A stretch of DNA of 36,013 nt from a virus (taxonomy: Duplodnaviria > Heunggongvirae > Uroviricota > Caudoviricetes): IMG/VR virus record IMGVR_UViG_2648501802_000001. One strand, 5' to 3'. This document shows, in pieces, positions 34,652-36,013 of this stretch. The notes under the pieces are model-generated. The model saw only the letters and a program-made list of their open reading frames with translations. It was not told the DNA's origin and did not search any database. Position numbers and translations under genes: made by a program. Position 1 is the first letter of the stretch, and each line of letters opens with the position of its first letter.

Positions 34652-36013
34652 TCACTTACCGTGGGGGTTACGCGTGGTTTCCCCGGAGAAATTACGCATC
34701 AGCAGCGCGTAATTTAGCTCAAGATCCTGCGGCACCGGGATCCACACAGTATAACCATCGCCTGGTGCGACCGGCATAGCTTCACCTTTGGCGTTTTCCA
34801 TATGCTCAAGGGTAAAGTTAATGTTGCCTTGCGGCGTCATCAGCTCAAGGCTGTCGCCAACGGAGAATTTATTTTTCACCGCTACCGCCGCGAGGTCGCC
34901 CTTGCGCTCACCGGTAAACTCACCAACAAACTGCTGGCGGTCAGAAACTGAATAACCGTATTCGTAGTTCTGATAATCGTCGTGAGTATGACGACGCAGG
35001 AAACCTTCGGTATAGCCACGATGCGCCAGACCTTCCAGAGTTTCCAGCAGGCTGGTATCGAATGGTTTTCCCGCAGCTGCGTCATCGATAGCTTTACGGT
35101 AAACCTGCGCGGTGCGTGCGCAATAGTAGAAAGATTTGGTACGGCCTTCGATTTTCAGCGAATGCACTCCCATTTTGGTCAGGCGTTCTACATGGGCGAT
35201 GGCGCGCAGATCTTTCGAGTTCATGATGTAAGTGCCGTGCTCATCTTCAAACGCGGTCATATACTCGCCCGGACGCTGGGCCTCTTCGATCATAAACACT
35301 TTGTCGGTTGGTGCGCCGATACCCAGCGTCGGCTCAACATTTTGCACCGGAATCGGCTCGTACTTGTGTACGATGTTGCCAACGTCATCTTCTTTCCCTT
35401 CCTGGACGTTGTACTCCCAGCGGCAGGCGTTGGTGCAGGTGCCCTGGTTCGGGTCGCGCTTGTTGATATAGCCAGAGAGCAGGCAGCGACCGGAGTAGGC
35501 CATGCACAGAGCGCCGTGAACGAAGATTTCGATCTCCATATTTGGCACCTGATTGCGGATCTCTTCAATCTCTTCCAGCGACAGCTCGCGAGAGAGGATC
35601 ACGCGGGTCAGGCCCATTTGCTGCCAGAATTTCACCGTCGCCCAGTTCACGGCGTTAGCCTGTACCGAGAGATGGATCGGCATTTCAGGGAAGTGCTCAC
35701 GCACCAGCATAATCAGCCCTGGATCGGACATAATCAGCGCATCCGGCCCCATTTCCACCACCGGTTTCAGGTCACGGATAAAGGTTTTCAGCTTGGCGTT
35801 GTGCGGTGCAATGTTGACCACTACATAAAACTTTTTCCCCAGCGCGTGGGCTTCATTGATGCCGAGCTGAAGATTTTCGTGGTTGAATTCGTTGTTGCGC
35901 ACACGCAGGGAGTAACGCGGCTGGCCCGCATAAACAGCATCTGCGCCATAAGCGAAAGCGTAACGCATATTTTTCAGCGTTCCCGCCGGGGAAAGGAGTT
36001 CCGGTTTAAACAT
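34652..36013 (-). CDS. yegQ: Peptidase U32 family protein YegQ (host gene)
   Basis: 453 aa starting MFKPELLSPAGTLKNMRYAFAYGADAVYAG; GC-typical host gene downstream of cyaR, as at the K-12 yegQ-cyaR locus. Confidence 0.85.
   Translation of the reverse strand: MFKPELLSPAGTLKNMRYAFAYGADAVYAGQPRYSLRVRNNEFNHENLQLGINEAHALGKKFYVVVNIAPHNAKLKTFIRDLKPVVEMGPDALIMSDPGLIMLVREHFPEMPIHLSVQANAVNWATVKFWQQMGLTRVILSRELSLEEIEEIRNQVPNMEIEIFVHGALCMAYSGRCLLSGYINKRDPNQGTCTNACRWEYNVQEGKEDDVGNIVHKYEPIPVQNVEPTLGIGAPTDKVFMIEEAQRPGEYMTAFEDEHGTYIMNSKDLRAIAHVERLTKMGVHSLKIEGRTKSFYYCARTAQVYRKAIDDAAAGKPFDTSLLETLEGLAHRGYTEGFLRRHTHDDYQNYEYGYSVSDRQQFVGEFTGERKGDLAAVAVKNKFSVGDSLELMTPQGNINFTLEHMENAKGEAMPVAPGDGYTVWIPVPQDLELNYALLMRNFSGETTRNPHGK

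Noticed and set aside
1-36013. CRISPR arrays, tRNA or rRNA genes, transposase/IS elements
   Set aside because: No regularly spaced short direct repeats, no tRNA-like cloverleaf candidates and no transposase-like ORFs were seen; the only mobile element is the prophage itself.

Overview
The window is an essentially complete P2-like (Peduovirus-type) prophage of about 34 kb, integrated at the 3' end of the host sRNA gene cyaR next to yegQ. It is bounded by a 28-bp att core direct repeat (475-502 and 34480-34507). Backbone order follows P2: int-C-cox-(orf78)-B-(orf80-83)-A | cos | Q-P (minus) O-N-M-L-X-Y-K-lysA-lysB(lysC)-R-S | V-W-J-I-H | invertible fibre segment and Hin-family invertase | FI-FII-E(E')-T-U-D-ogr. 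Three visibly AT-rich accessory islands interrupt this GC-richer backbone. (1) A tightly coupled three-gene operon in the tin/old hotspot between A and cos (6538-9959) encodes an unknown 306-aa protein, a small winged-helix-like protein and an SMC/Rad50-like ABC ATPase with a CxxC zinc hook; the architecture is Lamassu/DdmABC-like. (2) A two-gene cassette between S and V (19237-21139) encodes a small 3-TM membrane protein and a protein with class III nucleotidyl cyclase motifs; it is Pycsar-like but the membrane partner has no room for a cNMP-binding domain. (3) A small orphan ORF (26608-26925, minus) sits in the Z/fun position next to the invertase. The capsid genes O and N look shortened relative to P2 as I recall it (in-frame deletion in O; +1 frameshift in an A-run at the end of N), so the prophage may be defective for head assembly. 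No CRISPR array, tRNA or rRNA was seen. All assignments rest on reading the ORF translations and motifs by eye and on recalled P2 biology; no database search was run, and coordinates of short motifs may be off by 1 nt.
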